DNA of 64,000 nt from Gekko japonicus (taxonomy: Eukaryota), in contig NW_015163761.1 of the NCBI RefSeq assembly GCF_001447785.1, positions 1-64,000 of the forward strand. Direction: 5' to 3'. Positions 60,741-64,000 of the stretch are shown in pieces (within the stretch, counting starts at the first letter, position 1; the number at the start of each line of letters is the position of its first letter). The notes beneath the pieces were generated by a model. It searched no databases. It was not told the DNA's origin and was given only the letters and a program-made list of their open reading frames with translations. The position numbers and the translations under genes were made by a program.

Positions 60741-60872
60741 AAGGAAGCTGTGTGAAAGAGACTCCGGGGCAAAGCTTCCCTCAGGAAGGCCTTGAGTCGC
60801 AGGAGGAAGCCCTCGAAAGCTCGGCCGGAGGCCCACAAGGAAATATTTCTTTCCTGACTGAATTTGCTGAGG
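60741..60872 (+). CDS. Gene D, probable linker exon (132 nt, phase 1-1); zinc-finger exon not in window
   Basis: Branch-like CTAAC at ~60692, long pyrimidine tract, CCAAAG|AA acceptor and GAGG|GTGAGT donor. Open frame EGSCVKETPGQSFPQEGLESQEEALESS...FAE. Confidence 0.7.
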
Positions 60873-61339
60873 GTGAGTAAACAAAGCCTGCTCCGACACA
60901 GGGGCAGGAAAAAGGCCGTGGAAGTTGAAGCGAGGTTGTGGAGGAGGGGCTGCCAAGCTCCAGGTGGGGCCTGTTGACCTCCCAGTTACAACCTCTCCAG
61001 CCCTGTCCCACCCACCCCCTTCTAGTCTGCCTCATAAGTGTCAAACCAGTGTTATACCAATGCTGAGTATAACGGCGTCACAGCAACACGAAACTGATTT
61101 AAATCTGAAGATGCAGATTCGGCCAATGTCAAAGCATGGAGATGACTATGCTTGTGTGCCCCACTTCCTGTGATGGGCGCCCCCCCCTTGCCCGTCCCAG
61201 TGGAGCCACAGTACACAAACCCTGGGTGGGGGCAGATTTTAACTCTGTCCCCCTCCCTGGATTGGCTGCAGCCACTCCCAGTTTCCTCTCTGAGTCAGAG
61301 GAAAAAAAGAGGGTGTATTTAGAAGAGAGGCACACATTA

Positions 61340-61546
61340 TGAACGTTAGAAGCTGCCTTATAGTGAATCAGACTCTTGGCCCATTAGGGGTCAGTATTGC
61401 CTATTCAGACTGGCAGTGGCTCTCCAGGGCCTCAGGCTGAGGTCTTTCACATCACCTCCTACCCGATTCTTTTAACTGGGAGTGCCAGGGATTGAACCTG
61501 GGACCTCCTGGATGTCAAGCAGGTGCTCCACCACTGAGCCACACCT
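61340..61546 (-). mobile_element. Squam2-like SINE, monomer
   Basis: Minus-strand GTGTGGCTCAGTGGTGGAGCA head and TAAGGCAGCTTC tail. Confidence 0.7.
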
Positions 61547-62704
61547 CCTCTCCTCCCACATTACTCTTTGAAAGCACAGTGTTGTTTGGAAGCTCCCTCC
61601 ACCCAGATTTTGCGAGTAGCATAGAAACAGAACCCAATGGAGTATCAGTCAATGGCCTGCTGGGAAAGCCATGTCTTACCTGTAACAAGAATAGAAAAGA
61701 TAGTTGAGTAGATCAGTCTCTCTGGATGGAGGTCTTTAAGCAGAGACTGTCAGAGATGCTCCCGGTTTGAATTCCCTCCAGGGGGTTGGACTGGATAACC
61801 TGCAAGCTCCCTGATCTGCTCTTTGAGTTCAGCATCCCCCCAAAAGAGGAGTTTCTCACAGCATGTTCACAGGGAGAGGTAAGGAAGTCCAGGACTTCTG
61901 AAAGGGCCGATAGGGGTGCACAGCTGCCCTGCCCAGGATATGCTCAGCACTTTATGAAACGTCCAGTTTGTAGGATGCAACCTGAAGTCTCCTGGGTATT
62001 TTTTTCCTGTTCCAGTCAAGATGCTTCGGGTTTTTATCCCCGGGGCTGAAGAAGCAACCTGGAGCCATGTGGGAATCATTGTCTTAGACCAACACCCTTC
62101 TAACCACTGTAGTACACTGGTGGTAGAAAGTACCGTCAAGTTGCAGCCAACTTATGGGATCCTGTATATTTTCAAGGCAAGAGACATTCAGAGGTGGTTT
62201 TCCATTGCTTGCCTTTATGGGACACCCCAGATGGTCTTCCATCCAAATATTAACCAGGGTTGACCTTGCTTAGCTTCCAATATCTAACTAGTCAGGGCTA
62301 CAGTCTCATTTTGGGGATTGGAGACACTGTTGGAAGATTGGTCCCTCAGTGGCTGCTAGCCATGGTGACTAAGGGGAACCTCCACATATAGAAGCAGAAT
62401 ACCTCTGAAGACCAGGAGGCAACATTGGGCAAATGCCTAGAAGGGATTACCTTTTAATAATGTTCGCTGATAGGAACAGGGAAAATTACTTTTAAAGTGC
62501 CCAAATATGGCTGGGTGGTCATCAATAGGAGGAAAATTTGGTTAGATGCGGCTAGCCATAGATAAGTATTGATACAATCCAATAATGTTTGGTTACTTGG
62601 AATTTATGTATACTATATTCAGTATATTAAAGTGGGATACAATTTTACTGAATGTTTGGATGTATTTTAATGTATGATTCAGTGGTGGTTGATTGAATAA
62701 CAAT

Positions 62705-63235
62705 GGCCCCGGTCACACGGGCAGGAAACTGCGGAGGAGAAGTGTGGCTGTTTGCCCCGGGGCAAACTAACATGCAGTAAAGCGATCAGACCTACTGTGG
62801 AGGTTCTGTGGAGGTACTGTGGAGCTTCCGTGGGTAGGGAGAGGTGCCGATCACAACACACGCCTGCACGCAATGAAGAAGCGTGCGGCGCGACGAACTG
62901 GTTTCCTTGTTTTGTGTACACTACGAATGCGCATGCTCCGTTGGATGCGTGTGCGCATCCACGGAGACTTGGGGGGAAAAAACCCCTTTTCCGCAAGGGG
63001 ACATGGGCGGGTGCCGGATGCCACCGGAAACGCGATCAGACGCCCGCCCTTGCCCCGCAGTTTCCGGAAACTAGTACCTCCGAGGTACTAGTTTTTTGCT
63101 GCGCTTTTTTGGCAGGAAGCCTCAGTTGTGCCACGGAAGCGCTACGCTTCCCAGATGTGCTGGTGAGATCGCGACCGGAAACTCCGCTTGTCTTCCGTAT
63201 CTCTTGCGTGGCTAATGTTGCGTGTGACCGCAGCC
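62705..63235. mobile_element. CpG-rich non-autonomous DNA transposon (PIF/Harbinger-like)
   Basis: 15-bp TIRs GGCCCCGGTCACACG / CGTGTGACCGCAGCC; termini related to 51781-52203. Confidence 0.65.
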
Positions 63236-63325
63236 TATAATATTTTTAGGATTTATCTTGTAAATTTTAAATGTAGGTAATTGCCATGCAATATACTTGG
63301 ACCTCAGATGGTTTAATGTTTTAAT

Positions 63326-63819
63326 CAGGGGTCATTTCGTAGAAAAAGAGCTAGGGGAACTCATTACCATAACTCATTAGCATATGCCACACCCCCTGCC
63401 GTCACCGGAAGTGTGTCATAAGGCCACACCCACTGCCATCACTGGAAGTGTGTCATGCGGGAGTGCAAGGAAGCCCTGCAAGGGAGTGCAAGGAAGCCCC
63501 CCGGCCCCCAACGGTCCCAGCCACCGCCGCCGCCCTTGAGGCTCCACTGCCGAGCCCCATGAGGGGCCCGGCGGTGGACCTGCAAGGCTAGCGGGAGTGC
63601 GAGGAAGCCCCGCCTCTCCCCACCCCTGGCCCCAGGCAGGCAGGCAGGGGTGGGGAGAGGCGGGGAGGAAGCAACTTACTCTCCCTCTTCTCCTACCTCC
63701 TCCTGGCTGAATGAGGGCCGGAAGCGGGGCGGCCGGAAGCAGGGGGCGGGGCTTCGTCGTGTGCCCCGCCCCCCGCACCTCACCCGGGGGAACTGCGATC
63801 CCCCCCGAATCGACCTCTG
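63326..63819 (+). mobile_element. hAT-type MITE with octamer/KLF/ETS motifs and GC-rich interior
   Basis: TIRs CAGGGGTCATTTCG / CGAATCGACCTCTG and TSD GTTTTAAT (63318-63325 / 63820-63827). Confidence 0.85.
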
Positions 63820-64000
63820 GTTTTAATGTTTCTTTTCGTACTGTTGGTCCATCTGTTTGATGGTTGATCTCCTTTAGTTCTGATTTGTTGCTGAGAATGT
63901 GACGGCCTTTGGCTAATAAACTCTATTTGACTTGGCCTCTATGCCCTGTCATTGAACCTCCAGAGGAAGTGGTTGGCCACTATATGAGACAGGATGCTGG

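Noticed and set aside
3564-60872. Assigning mammalian gene symbols (ZSCAN/ZKSCAN/ZNF numbers) or calling an intact KRAB domain
   Set aside because: These look like lineage-specific paralogues, and orthology cannot be established by eye. KRAB functional residues are missing.

Overview
This is a vertebrate genomic window from a squamate reptile, probably a gecko. The call rests on Sauria-type SINEs, abundant Squam2/Squam3-like SINEs, and CR1, L2, L1, BovB and Penelope debris. The scaffold has six short N gaps. It holds four tandem, same-strand (+) SCAN/C2H2 zinc-finger genes (A ~3.5-10.7 kb, B ~20.3-27.8 kb, C ~34.2-44.5 kb, D ~53.4 kb to beyond the window end). I reconstructed their exons from splice sites and reading phase. 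Each gene has a long 'extended SCAN' exon with Gypsy-capsid-like sequence upstream of the SCAN box and a 115-127 nt exon that looks like a decayed KRAB-A box. Genes A, B and D also have a linker exon, and genes A-C end in a zinc-finger exon. The intervening DNA is mostly transposon-derived. Most notable are a hAT-type MITE family (8-bp TSDs verified by eye) built from arrays of POU-octamer plus KLF motifs, several local duplications or inversions that break exactly at MITE ends, Penelope-type minimal hammerhead ribozyme motifs and an apparently trimeric tRNA-derived SINE. Repeat family names come from recall, not database searches. No gene symbols are assigned.
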